Shown in pieces: positions 1-10,008 of a stretch of DNA of 60,403 nucleotides (positions are counted from its first letter, which is position 1; every line of letters starts with the position of its first letter). A program made the position numbers and the translations under genes. Below the pieces are notes generated by a model that was given only the letters and a program-made list of their open reading frames with translations, made no database searches and had not been told where the DNA came from. Source of the DNA: Firmicutes bacterium CAG:582 (GTDB lineage Bacteria > Bacillota_I > Bacilli_A > RF39 > UBA660); NCBI GenBank assembly GCA_000435515.1, contig FR884157.1, positions 17,920-78,322 of the forward strand, read 5' to 3'.

Positions 1-128
1 TCATCTATTACTACTAGAAAGACACTTCATCCATTATTTTTTACCTTTTTTGTTTATTTTTGTCAAAATCTATTTACTTTTCAGCAAAAAAAGCAAAAAC
101 ATGTTTTACATTATTTTTGCTCATTCTT

Positions 129-554
129 TTAATATATAATTATATAATTTTTATTACTTTTATATTTATTAATAATTTCTTCTTTTATATCTTCATCATT
201 TCTAGAACTTCCATTTAAATAATTGATTCTAGTAATATACATATCATCATATTTTTGTAAATCATAATAACTAATAGACTCTCTATCTTTGATATATTCA
301 TCATATTTTTTTTCATTATCATGCATTATATATAAATAGGATATATAAGAATAATCATTTGATAAATAATAAACATAATATTGAGTTTTCTTTTTATTAG
401 TTATAACTATTTTATCATTCTTAGTAACACCTAAAGAAGTAACAAATTCACTTCTTTTGTTTTTAATATCTTTGCTTAACTTTGGAGCACATCCAGTTAA
501 CAAAAGTAAAATTAAAATTAATACTGTAATTCTTTTCATATTTTCACCTAACAA
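129..554 (-). CDS. putative lipoprotein, unknown function
   Basis: 141-aa ORF. N-terminal hydrophobic signal peptide ends in lipobox L-L-T-G-C. The remainder is Y/N/K-rich with no motif I recognise. Confidence 0.55.
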   Translation of the reverse strand: MLGENMKRITVLILILLLLTGCAPKLSKDIKNKRSEFVTSLGVTKNDKIVITNKKKTQYYVYYLSNDYSYISYLYIMHDNEKKYDEYIKDRESISYYDLQKYDDMYITRINYLNGSSRNDEDIKEEIINKYKSNKNYIIIY

Positions 555-623
555 TAAAATTATATCATAGTTGACTTAAATACTTAACACTTATATAATA
601 AACGAAAAAAAGGAAGTGTTATT

Positions 624-1724
624 ATGTTATATCGTGCATTAAATGCATACGATGTAAAAAATTGGAAAGAAGAACAAACGATAAAAGCAAATATCGGTAG
701 AAGCTATAATGAATATAAAAATAAAAAGTCAGCTAAGGCGAAAAATATTTCAAAAATTTTTTCTGAAGTATATTATCAAAAAATGTCTTTAGCTTTGGAT
801 CGCATAATTGCTCACGTTGGTGGAAAAAACATGAAATATAGTTGTTGGATTTCAACATCAAAAAGTTTTAATTTTGTTGCTGAAGAGTATGCAATTCCTC
901 AAACTGGAAAATATAATATAGATATGTCAAGAAAACCTATCGCGATAATTGATAAAGAAAAAACATTTGGAACTATAGCTACTAGAGATGAAGCCGGAAA
1001 TGAAAACATTGCTAAACATTTTGGAGAATGTATAGATATTTCAGATGATAACTTAAATAAGCTGTATGAAGCCGGTATAATCTATCCTTTATATCAAAAT
1101 GACGATGCCTGCCGTACCGTAAGTGATGCAGCAAAAGCTATAAATAACAAAGGAAAAACTAAAATGACTGGATTTAATAATTTTGCTAAAGCTGCTTACG
1201 AAGTTTTATTCTTTACAGTGATAAATAAAGAAAATATCATTTCGGTTATTTCTCCATTAATGCAAGATATATTATATGTATTTACTAAAGATGCCAATAC
1301 AAATGAAGATAAGATTGTTTTAGAAAAATTAAAAGAATTTATCAATATTGATGTAGATATTCATAACTATGAAAAATACGGTTTTACATCTCAAGAAATA
1401 AATGTTATTGAATTTTTATATACTCAAAGAGAAGATGGTCTATATAATTCTTTAGTTGATTTAATTCCATATCTTTATGATGAATCAATAAATATTATAG
1501 AATTATATGAAATATTAAAAGACGTAAAAAAATCTATTTTAAGAAAAATAACTGGAGTTGAAAAAATAGAATTATTAGATAATGAAATATTCGTTTCAGA
1601 TTATGATCACTGTGTTAACAGTACCTTATTTGATGGAAGAAAAGTAAACAAGCGCAACAAATATGATATTATCTTTTTCACTGATGAACAAAAGAAATTA
1701 ACAAGAGTTAACCCAGCAGTATAA
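624..1724 (+). CDS. hypothetical cytoplasmic protein; N-terminal half has an ADP-ribosyltransferase-like motif series (speculative)
   Basis: 366-aa ORF with no signal peptide. Y3-R4, S77-T78-S79 (WISTSKS) and A-Y-E193-V-L-F-F resemble the R / STS / ExE blocks of R-S-E ARTs. The fold is not verified. Confidence 0.5.
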   Translation: MLYRALNAYDVKNWKEEQTIKANIGRSYNEYKNKKSAKAKNISKIFSEVYYQKMSLALDRIIAHVGGKNMKYSCWISTSKSFNFVAEEYAIPQTGKYNIDMSRKPIAIIDKEKTFGTIATRDEAGNENIAKHFGECIDISDDNLNKLYEAGIIYPLYQNDDACRTVSDAAKAINNKGKTKMTGFNNFAKAAYEVLFFTVINKENIISVISPLMQDILYVFTKDANTNEDKIVLEKLKEFINIDVDIHNYEKYGFTSQEINVIEFLYTQREDGLYNSLVDLIPYLYDESINIIELYEILKDVKKSILRKITGVEKIELLDNEIFVSDYDHCVNSTLFDGRKVNKRNKYDIIFFTDEQKKLTRVNPAV

Positions 1725-1774
1725 ATTTCACATAATTTTTATATAGAGTATGCTATAATGTTTATGGTGATGAT

Positions 1775-2221
1775 ATGAAAAAAATAAAAAATCTTTTTAA
1801 GGAACACAGTCCATATTTACTTATATTAACTTTATGTGAAGGAATATTAAGTCTTGTTTGTACTCTTTCTTTTGTTTACTCAGACTCCCTTAGTTATAAT
1901 GATTCTCTAATATATAACTCCTTGGGAATAGAAAAACTTTTAGAAACATTATATTCTTCAACATTCTGGGCTTTACTACTTTTGATACTTGCATTCATAT
2001 TTGTGCTTAATATTACATGTATTAAATATAAAAATCTTGAACCTGGATTTATAAGTATATGCCTTTGGGTACTTATGTTCATATTATCTATTAATTTAAC
2101 AAAAAGTTTAATGGATAATCTAATGACATCTTTATTATTTATACCAATTATTGTAATTAACATAGTTGCTTATAAAACCGAAGAAAACAAACTAAAAAAG
2201 AGAAAATCTAAAACTAAATAG
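1775..2221 (+). CDS. small integral membrane protein
   Basis: 148-aa ORF with about 4 hydrophobic segments and a basic KKRKSKTK tail. Confidence 0.5.
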   Translation: MKKIKNLFKEHSPYLLILTLCEGILSLVCTLSFVYSDSLSYNDSLIYNSLGIEKLLETLYSSTFWALLLLILAFIFVLNITCIKYKNLEPGFISICLWVLMFILSINLTKSLMDNLMTSLLFIPIIVINIVAYKTEENKLKKRKSKTK

Positions 2222-2864
2222 ATTTTCTCTTTTTAAATATAATAAGAAGTAAGAATATTATTATTAACACTAAAACCATAATTATCATATTAGGATTTTC
2301 TTCAAGTTCTTTATAAACTTTATTATACTCACCTTTCATAATAGAACTCAATATTGTATTGTCTTTAGTCTTTTCGATGTTATTACAATATCCCTCATAT
2401 GTTTTCATATTTTTCCAGATATTTAATTCTTTATTAATAGCTTCACTTTCAAGTTTGCAAAGTTCATTAACGTATTTATATTTACCATAAATATATGCAA
2501 CTTTAGCATAACCATTTTCCACAAGATAACTTTGTAAAAGTTGATCATCAACAAATATCCAACCTAAACTTCTACCATATTTATCTGTTTTACTAGCTTT
2601 GTCATCAATTTCAATCTCAATCTTTTTAGCATTTGTTAACATATTACAAGTGACTTCACTCGCAATATCTCCATAAGTTTCCTTCTTTTCTGGAGTATTT
2701 ATTGCTAGAAAACGATACTTATAAGATTCTCCATCTACTATAAAATAAGCAGTATCACCATCAACACACTTTTCTAATTTTGCACTTTTAATGCTACCGG
2801 CATAAACATTACCTGAAAAAACTAAACATAAAATTAAAACTAAAAATACGACTTTATTTTTCAT
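2214..2864 (-). CDS. nuc: thermonuclease (staphylococcal nuclease / SNase family), signal peptide plus C-terminal membrane anchor
   Basis: Blocks DGDT...YRFLAINTPE...DKYGRSLGWIF...YLVENGYAKVAYIY...EAINKELNIW align closely with S. aureus Nuc. It has an N-terminal signal sequence and a C-terminal hydrophobic stretch followed by KKRK. Confidence 0.85.
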   Translation of the reverse strand: MKNKVVFLVLILCLVFSGNVYAGSIKSAKLEKCVDGDTAYFIVDGESYKYRFLAINTPEKKETYGDIASEVTCNMLTNAKKIEIEIDDKASKTDKYGRSLGWIFVDDQLLQSYLVENGYAKVAYIYGKYKYVNELCKLESEAINKELNIWKNMKTYEGYCNNIEKTKDNTILSSIMKGEYNKVYKELEENPNMIIMVLVLIIIFLLLIIFKKRKSI

Positions 2865-4857
2865 CTAAATTTTCTCCACAATTAGCACAAAACTTATCAT
2901 TATCTTCAACCTTTTTGCCACAATTTGGACAATAATTCATTTTGTATTGATTTCTCTTAGATTCATCTTTTATCAAGAATATTACACTTATCATAAGAAC
3001 AAATCCAACTAAGAACAAGTACATAAATAAAGGAATATTGCTTAATGATGAAAGCATTGATGCTAGTCCTACAAAGGCATAAATAAGCCCTGAAGCTAAA
3101 TACAATTTATTATCTTCGCGTTTTATACTATAAAGAATCATTACAAGTGCAATAACTAAGATATAGATATCCACATACATTACACTCCTATATGCAAGTA
3201 AATCCGTTAATACTACATCTGTTACAATTATATTAAATAATCTTTTTTCATTATCACTTGGAATTACTAAATAACTGAATAAGTATATTCCTATAATTGA
3301 AATAGTTACAACAATCAATTCATATAACCATGGAACACTTATAACACCATCAATATATAATGATAAAACTACAAGTAAAGTCACAACTGAAAATGCTGAT
3401 TTTATTCTATCATGACTATTTTTGTATAAAAGAATCATATATAAGAATCCTAAAATTAAATACTTAATATGATTTACAGGTAAATCATTTATTTGAACAA
3501 TTGGAAGAATAACTAAAAAAGCATATAACATATAATCAATTAAACTATTCTTCTTATCATCAAATAGAGTAACAAACACATAATCAACTAATATTACTCC
3601 CAAATTCAATATAAAGTTAAGAATCGTATTAGTTGGAAGAAGTACTAAATTTGTAAGAATAGCAGCTATCAATATAGAATAAACTATCTTAAGCCCATAA
3701 TCTTTATTAAACCTATATAAAAGAATTAAAGCTATATTAACAATAAACAATCCTAGATTATAACTAATTGAAATATAATTTTTACTTATGAAACTTAAAG
3801 CAGTAATAATAATAAACATAATTCCAACTGGTAAAGCATAAGTGTTAAACTTATCATCTTTAAACAATATCTTATTGGCAATCATACTTATTAAAATCAA
3901 TACTGATGATACTAAATATGCATACATTGTATGATTAATTAAAATAGCTGTTACACCTATTAGATAGATATAGTTAACAATCTTATATGAATCAACTAAA
4001 ATATTTTTTTTAACAAATTCAAAATATTCTATTATCAATATTACTAGTAAATGGATACTTGTAATTATTGGTAAACTTATATCATAGTTTACTTTATTAA
4101 ATAAAATCATATCAAATAAGAACAAACTTCCAAATATAAGTAAAAGAGATAAAAGAGATGTTTCCATATCTTTATTTCTACTCATTACAATGATTATATT
4201 TGCTAAAGTTATAACTATAAATATTAAAGCATTAATAACACTCATATTTTCAAATAAAACTATCATTATGCATGGAATAATAAATGTAAATAATTTTGAT
4301 ACAGTATAAATGCTTTTTTTATAAGCAAATATATTTAAGAAAAATACTAAAACTGATAAAGCTATAATTATATAAAACATATCAACATTATAATATTTAA
4401 ACATTAAACTGATAAGTACAAAGAAAGATACATAAGTAACTTTAATAAATTCAATATTTTTATAAACATAAGAAACTATTATAGAAAATATTCCAACAAA
4501 TATCGAAATTATTGAAAGATAAATATAAATTGCTCCTTCTTTTTCAAAAAATTCACTTAATAAGTCAGATCTTGAAAGAACAGGAAATATCATAAGTAAT
4601 GATACAAAACCTATTCCAAAGAACCATTTGCTTGATAATTCCAGTTTTAATTCTTTCATTATTATAAATGATAAAAAGAATTGAATAATAGCAAATAATC
4701 CTAAAAAGACAGCTCCACTTTCGTAACTGATATTTTTATTTGATAAAACTATTCCTAACATCGCTATAAACATAATTATTCCAGCAAAATTAAGAACATA
4801 ACCTAAATTTTTAGTTTGTCTATTCATCTTTATCAACCCAACGCAATTCCTTTGCAT
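2854..4857 (-). CDS. large polytopic membrane protein with C-terminal zinc-ribbon
   Basis: 667 aa, about 20 hydrophobic helices. The C-terminus carries CPNCG...CANCG. The stop overlaps the nuc start by 11 nt. Confidence 0.6.
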   Translation of the reverse strand: MQRNCVGLIKMNRQTKNLGYVLNFAGIIMFIAMLGIVLSNKNISYESGAVFLGLFAIIQFFLSFIIMKELKLELSSKWFFGIGFVSLLMIFPVLSRSDLLSEFFEKEGAIYIYLSIISIFVGIFSIIVSYVYKNIEFIKVTYVSFFVLISLMFKYYNVDMFYIIIALSVLVFFLNIFAYKKSIYTVSKLFTFIIPCIMIVLFENMSVINALIFIVITLANIIIVMSRNKDMETSLLSLLLIFGSLFLFDMILFNKVNYDISLPIITSIHLLVILIIEYFEFVKKNILVDSYKIVNYIYLIGVTAILINHTMYAYLVSSVLILISMIANKILFKDDKFNTYALPVGIMFIIITALSFISKNYISISYNLGLFIVNIALILLYRFNKDYGLKIVYSILIAAILTNLVLLPTNTILNFILNLGVILVDYVFVTLFDDKKNSLIDYMLYAFLVILPIVQINDLPVNHIKYLILGFLYMILLYKNSHDRIKSAFSVVTLLVVLSLYIDGVISVPWLYELIVVTISIIGIYLFSYLVIPSDNEKRLFNIIVTDVVLTDLLAYRSVMYVDIYILVIALVMILYSIKREDNKLYLASGLIYAFVGLASMLSSLSNIPLFMYLFLVGFVLMISVIFLIKDESKRNQYKMNYCPNCGKKVEDNDKFCANCGENLDEK

Positions 4858-5404
4858 TTTCCTTTATGTTTAAATTTTTCATAAGAAATGCACATTCAAT
4901 AAGTTCCATAACTGAACCTATAATCATTACTACTCCAATAATTCTTAAGAAAGTTTGAGCGCTTTCAAATGGATTTGCAAGAAGTAATACTCCTAAAGTT
5001 ATTCCAAGCAATGAAAACACCAAATTATATTTCCAAGCTGTAGAAAAATTTCTTATATTAATTGCAAATTGAAGTTTAACTATTGATTTAATGCAAATAG
5101 TTATACCTATTAAAATAGTAATAAATTTTACTAAACTTTGAGTATTAATTATTAAGTATAATCCAACTCCCAAAGCAATTACTCCAAGAAGTAAAGATTT
5201 GCTTATCATTTTTTCTTCTGGTGTTGATTTAATATAATCAAATACCCAAAAACATCCAATAATAAGAGTCATTATTCCAATAATCATTGTAATAATTTTT
5301 AAAGAATTAGCTGGTTCCATCATAAGTACAACACCAAGTATCAATGTTGCAATAGATGAAATCAAACACGTCTTTCTATATTTTTTAGCACTACTATATA
5401 ACAT
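4820..5404 (-). CDS. DUF308 / HdeD-like membrane protein
   Basis: 194 aa with repeated paired TM helices and the glycine-rich pattern typical of HdeD/DUF308. It overlaps the downstream gene. Confidence 0.5.
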   Translation of the reverse strand: MLYSSAKKYRKTCLISSIATLILGVVLMMEPANSLKIITMIIGIMTLIIGCFWVFDYIKSTPEEKMISKSLLLGVIALGVGLYLIINTQSLVKFITILIGITICIKSIVKLQFAINIRNFSTAWKYNLVFSLLGITLGVLLLANPFESAQTFLRIIGVVMIIGSVMELIECAFLMKNLNIKENAKELRWVDKDE

Positions 5405-5505
5405 ATAATCACATCCTAGATTAATTATATCACGTCTATTATGAAATTTATACGAAAAAAAGCATAAAAAAATGCAGTAGGCACTGCAACTTAATTATAC
5501 AAAAT

Positions 5506-5709
5506 TTATCTTACTTCTTCAATACTTTCAATTTCATTTAAGTAAACTACTCGATACTCTTCTTCATAATCTCTTATGGTTAAGGTTGAATAAAAAATCA
5601 TGTCTTCATAATCTTCAAAATCTTTAATTTCTACCAAGAGACCTTCTAAAGGTTCGCCCTCTTTAAATTCGATATGTACACACTTTTCAACTAATTCATC
5701 TAATTTCAT
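5506..5709 (-). CDS. small acidic hypothetical protein
   Basis: 67-aa ORF rich in E/D. No motif recognised. Confidence 0.35.
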   Translation of the reverse strand: MKLDELVEKCVHIEFKEGEPLEGLLVEIKDFEDYEDMIFYSTLTIRDYEEEYRVVYLNEIESIEEVR

Positions 5710-6176
5710 AATGCACCTCTTAAAAAAATTATAACATACATAATAAATTATTTATATATGTCAAATAAAATGTATAGTTGAAATTTTACTCTTTCTTTTT
5801 TTTATCTTTATATTATAATTATACTAGGTGGTGTAACTAAAATGTTTTTTCACGATTAGTCTTAAAGATGCTGAAGAAACTTGTTTGGATTTAGTAGTTT
5901 ATTAACAACAGTTGATGATTTACAGAATACAACCCCGGATAATATTAAACACAGGATGTGATTTATTATTATTACTAGTGTATCATACTTATATTTTCGG
6001 ATATGAGTGCTAGGCTATTTCATAGTAAATGAAAATTTTAAAAATTTATTTTATGACTTTATGTCGAATTTTAAAGTAGTATCTCATGTGTTGAGATTAA
6101 AATTTATTAATACTGGAAAATAAATTTTCCCCAAAATAACATTTTAATTTAGGTATTAATAAATAATAAGTAAAAG

Positions 6177-6206
6177 AAAAAAGCAACTAATTAAGGTTGC
6201 TTTTTT
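6177..6206 (-). terminator. hairpin overlapping the stop codon of the U32 gene
   Basis: aaaaagcaac-taattaag-gttgcttttt. The A/T runs on both sides extend the stem. Confidence 0.45.
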
Positions 6207-8400
6207 GATTGTCTAAATTTTTAATTATGTCATCAATTTCTTTAGAATCTTCCGAATTGAGTTCAATTCTAAAATTACGGATTCCTAAATTATAATAGTA
6301 TTTAAGTTTTTCAAGATTATTTGTTACTTTAGAATCAAGTATATGTGTTAAATGATTTTTTACGTCTGTTTTTATTGGATATTTACTTCCATTACGATCA
6401 ACTAGTTTATATTCATTTTTCATACATTTAGTACATACAGTATCTTTATTAGCAACTTTGTTTACTGGACAATATTTTGTTATCATAAGTTCAAAAGTAC
6501 TATAAAGTAACATCTCAACATTATAGTTATTGTGTTTCATAATACGTTCAATGTTATCATCTTCAAGTTCAATCGATAAAGTATTTATATCAACATATTT
6601 AGATAGATAATCCAAAGTTTCATGATTAGTTATATTCAAGAAGTAATCACTTATTTTGGCTCCATCATATATTTCACCTAATTCAGTTGCTAAAGTATTT
6701 TTAATATTTGTCTTTTCATAAATTCTAGAACCGCGATAATATATTTTAGGATTATCTTTATATAAATTATAAAGATTTCTATCTATTACATAGATACGAT
6801 CAAAATAAGTTAAACATTTAAGTAATTGTTCTTCATCTCTTACTAAAACACTTAAAGTTAATTTTTCTTCAAGGGAATTTTTATGCATTTCTTCATTATC
6901 TTTTCTTTGAATTACTTCTTTTTTTGAATTTTCACGAATAAAAATTAGTTCTTCAACTGCATTTCTTCTTATAGCATTTAAATCTTTAATATTTATAAAT
7001 TTAGATTCAAATTCTCCGACACTTATATTAGCTATTTTAAATGGAGTATTACCAAGTTTGGATAATTGTTTAATAATATCCTCCTTTTTTATACTTATAT
7101 TTTTACTTGGAAAAACTATATCCGCCTCTTTTTTAACAACATTGATTCCATCAGTTATTTCAAGAGTTGCACAATTTTCATTATGAGTAAACATCACATC
7201 AATATCAACTTTTCTAACCGGTAATTCTCTATATTTGTTAATTATCGTTATATCACTTGTTTTATTAACTGAATCCCCGACACTTGCCTTAATTTTATTA
7301 TCAATTACAGCACTATTTTTACAAACACTTGTAAGTTTTAATGATTCATCATAAAGAAAATTAACAATCATTCCATCATTGGTTTCATTTATTCTAATTC
7401 CATCTCCTTGATTTAGTTGAGAATCAAGTTTAATATAGATATATTTATTTGTTACCTTAAAGACTTTACCTAAATGAACTCCTACATGATTGGATGTATG
7501 AATATTGATAATTTCATCATTAGTTGCATTAAATAAATATCCATAAGTATATTGTCTATTAAATATTACTTTTAAGTCTTCTTCATATTTGGATACTCTT
7601 AAGCAATCTTTTCCATAATAGTAATCAATTAAATTACGGTATAATCTAGTTACACAAGCAACATATTCTGGACTTTTCATACGTCCCTCAATTTTTAATG
7701 ATTTAACACTTGAGTCCATGATTTCTTTAAACTTACTAACCGTTTTAAGCTCTTTTGTTGAAAGCAAATACTTAGAATCAGTTTTTACAAATTCATCATT
7801 TTCAAGCAATTTATATGGAAGTCGACAAACTTGAGCACATTCTCCACGATTGCCACTTCTTCCTAAAAGAACTGATGAAAATAAACATTCTCCAGAATAA
7901 CTTACACACAAAGCTCCATGAATAAAAATTTCTTTTTCCATTGAAGTTTTATAACTATCAATAGTTGCAAGTGACAGTTCACGAGCAAACACTACACGTT
8001 TAACGTTTAAGTCTTCTAAGATTCTTAAACCCGATTCACTTACATTGTGAACTTGCGTTGATGCATGTATTTCCAAATTAGGTAAACGTCTTTTTAAAAG
8101 AGACATAAGACCTAAATCTTGAACAATCAAAGCATCTACTCCAGTTTTATGTAAAAACAAACAATAATTATAAACATCTTCTAGTTCAGATTCAAAAACA
8201 ACTGTATTAACTGTAACATAAATCTTTACACCATAAAGATGTGCAAAATGAATAGCTGAAATCATTTCTTCATCATTAAAATTGCCTGCAAAAGCACGCG
8301 CACCGAATCTTTTACCACCTAAATATATGGCATCAGCCCCATTCATAACTGCTGCTTTTAAAGAATCCATATTTCCAACAGGAACTAAAAGTTCTTTCAT
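6187..8400 (-). CDS. peptidase U32 family protein (long, collagenase-like / RNA hydroxylation family)
   Basis: The N-terminus MKELLVPVGN..LKAAV.NGADAIYLGG..FGARA is the canonical U32 start. The conserved E-x-F-x-H-G-A-L-C-x-S-Y-S-G-x-C block is present. 737 aa. Confidence 0.85.
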   Translation of the reverse strand: MKELLVPVGNMDSLKAAVMNGADAIYLGGKRFGARAFAGNFNDEEMISAIHFAHLYGVKIYVTVNTVVFESELEDVYNYCLFLHKTGVDALIVQDLGLMSLLKRRLPNLEIHASTQVHNVSESGLRILEDLNVKRVVFARELSLATIDSYKTSMEKEIFIHGALCVSYSGECLFSSVLLGRSGNRGECAQVCRLPYKLLENDEFVKTDSKYLLSTKELKTVSKFKEIMDSSVKSLKIEGRMKSPEYVACVTRLYRNLIDYYYGKDCLRVSKYEEDLKVIFNRQYTYGYLFNATNDEIINIHTSNHVGVHLGKVFKVTNKYIYIKLDSQLNQGDGIRINETNDGMIVNFLYDESLKLTSVCKNSAVIDNKIKASVGDSVNKTSDITIINKYRELPVRKVDIDVMFTHNENCATLEITDGINVVKKEADIVFPSKNISIKKEDIIKQLSKLGNTPFKIANISVGEFESKFINIKDLNAIRRNAVEELIFIRENSKKEVIQRKDNEEMHKNSLEEKLTLSVLVRDEEQLLKCLTYFDRIYVIDRNLYNLYKDNPKIYYRGSRIYEKTNIKNTLATELGEIYDGAKISDYFLNITNHETLDYLSKYVDINTLSIELEDDNIERIMKHNNYNVEMLLYSTFELMITKYCPVNKVANKDTVCTKCMKNEYKLVDRNGSKYPIKTDVKNHLTHILDSKVTNNLEKLKYYYNLGIRNFRIELNSEDSKEIDDIIKNLDNQKSNLN

Positions 8401-8438
8401 AATTCCACTTCCTAACTAAAAAAACTGAATAACTCAGT

Positions 8439-9446
8439 TTAATTAAATTTTACTAAAGAATGAGCAAATCTATATCCTTTTATGGCTATAAATCTTCCAA
8501 ATTTACCTGGAATTGCACAAGCTCCAGCTTTTGAGAATATCAACCTTTTATAAAGTTTAGGATTATTTTCTTTTATACTCTCCCATAATTCTTTATATTG
8601 TTTTTCTCCTTCTTCATTCATCGCAAGACGAGAAAAAATTGTTCCAATTGTCATACAAAACACACATTCTCTATACATCATTTTTCTTAATTTCTTAGAC
8701 TTTACTTCATCTAAATCATATTTATTACATACAAGTTTAGTAACAAGTACTTGATGTGAACTTCTTTTAATTAATTGAGGTTCTTGAACTGATTGATCTT
8801 CTCTTCCAATAAAATATCTATAGAAATCTAAATCCATATAATAAATTGTTTTAGTATTTACAAATGGAATATAAATAAATAAGTTATCTTCATAGAAAGT
8901 ATGTTTTGGTAAATCCATGCTTGACGCATCTAATACACTTTTTTTATACATCAATGAATGAAGCGATAAATATTGAGTTGGTTTAAATTTCTTCATTTCA
9001 TCCCAAGTCATTTCTTCATTTTCTTTAAACACATTTTTAAATGAAATAGTTTGATTGATTCTACCATCAGTATAAGTGTAAACATAATTCATAATAATTA
9101 AATCTGAATCAATTTTTTTAATCTTTTTAAGCAAAGTCTTATATGCCTTTTTATCAACCCAGTCATCGCTGTCGACAACTTTAAAATATTTTCCTGTAGC
9201 AAGACTTAATCCTGTCATGATACCCGCACCATGGCCACCATTTTCTTGATGAATAGCTTTAACAATTGTTGGATATTTTTTTTGATACTTATCAGCTATC
9301 TTACCTGTTTTATCCTTAGAACCATCATCTATTATAATTATCTCTACATCTTCACCACCAATAAGTAAAGATTCTATACAATTTTCCATATAAGCTTCTG
9401 AGTTATAACATGGAACTACAAAAGATATATACTTCATTATTAACAC
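8439..9446 (-). CDS. glycosyltransferase family 2
   Basis: SFVVPCYNSEAYMENCIESLL...IIIDDGSKDKT...VDSDDW (DxD) pattern. Confidence 0.8.
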   Translation of the reverse strand: MLIMKYISFVVPCYNSEAYMENCIESLLIGGEDVEIIIIDDGSKDKTGKIADKYQKKYPTIVKAIHQENGGHGAGIMTGLSLATGKYFKVVDSDDWVDKKAYKTLLKKIKKIDSDLIIMNYVYTYTDGRINQTISFKNVFKENEEMTWDEMKKFKPTQYLSLHSLMYKKSVLDASSMDLPKHTFYEDNLFIYIPFVNTKTIYYMDLDFYRYFIGREDQSVQEPQLIKRSSHQVLVTKLVCNKYDLDEVKSKKLRKMMYRECVFCMTIGTIFSRLAMNEEGEKQYKELWESIKENNPKLYKRLIFSKAGACAIPGKFGRFIAIKGYRFAHSLVKFN

Positions 9447-9500
9447 TTCCTAACACATTCATTATACCAAATATAAATTATCAAAACAAATAAAAAGACA

Positions 9501-9944
9501 TTAAATGCCCAATTCACCATCTTTTAAAACAATTTCCTCACCACTTAATGCACTTTCAATACCAAATTGAAAATCTTGATACTCTTCAGTTTCATTTACT
9601 ACTATAACATCAATAGTTTTCTTATCAAAAGATTTAATTAAATCCATAGTTCTACTAGAACATTCAACTTTTATATTTCCTTTAAAATACACTTTAAAAT
9701 AACTATCAAAACTATTATAACTAGTAATATTAAGAGAAACAACTCTAGTTTCATTAGGAGCCAATATTCTATTTTCATCATAGGTTAATTCATTGCTTAC
9801 TAATGAAGATGTTAAAACATCTGTTTCTGTTGTTGACGGATTTATAAAATAAGAAAACGAAAGAGATGTAAAACAAGTACAAATTATAAACATAATTGAT
9901 ATAGCTAAAAATATGGTTTTATTTTTATTATCCACGATTATCAC
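9501..9944 (-). CDS. secreted or membrane-anchored hypothetical protein
   Basis: 147 aa with an N-terminal hydrophobic anchor followed by a beta-rich sequence. Confidence 0.4.
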   Translation of the reverse strand: MIIVDNKNKTIFLAISIMFIICTCFTSLSFSYFINPSTTETDVLTSSLVSNELTYDENRILAPNETRVVSLNITSYNSFDSYFKVYFKGNIKVECSSRTMDLIKSFDKKTIDVIVVNETEEYQDFQFGIESALSGEEIVLKDGELGI

Positions 9945-10008
9945 CTAGCATTATTATAGCATCTATTTAAATTACAAACAATATGATATAATTCTCATAG
10001 GTGAGATT

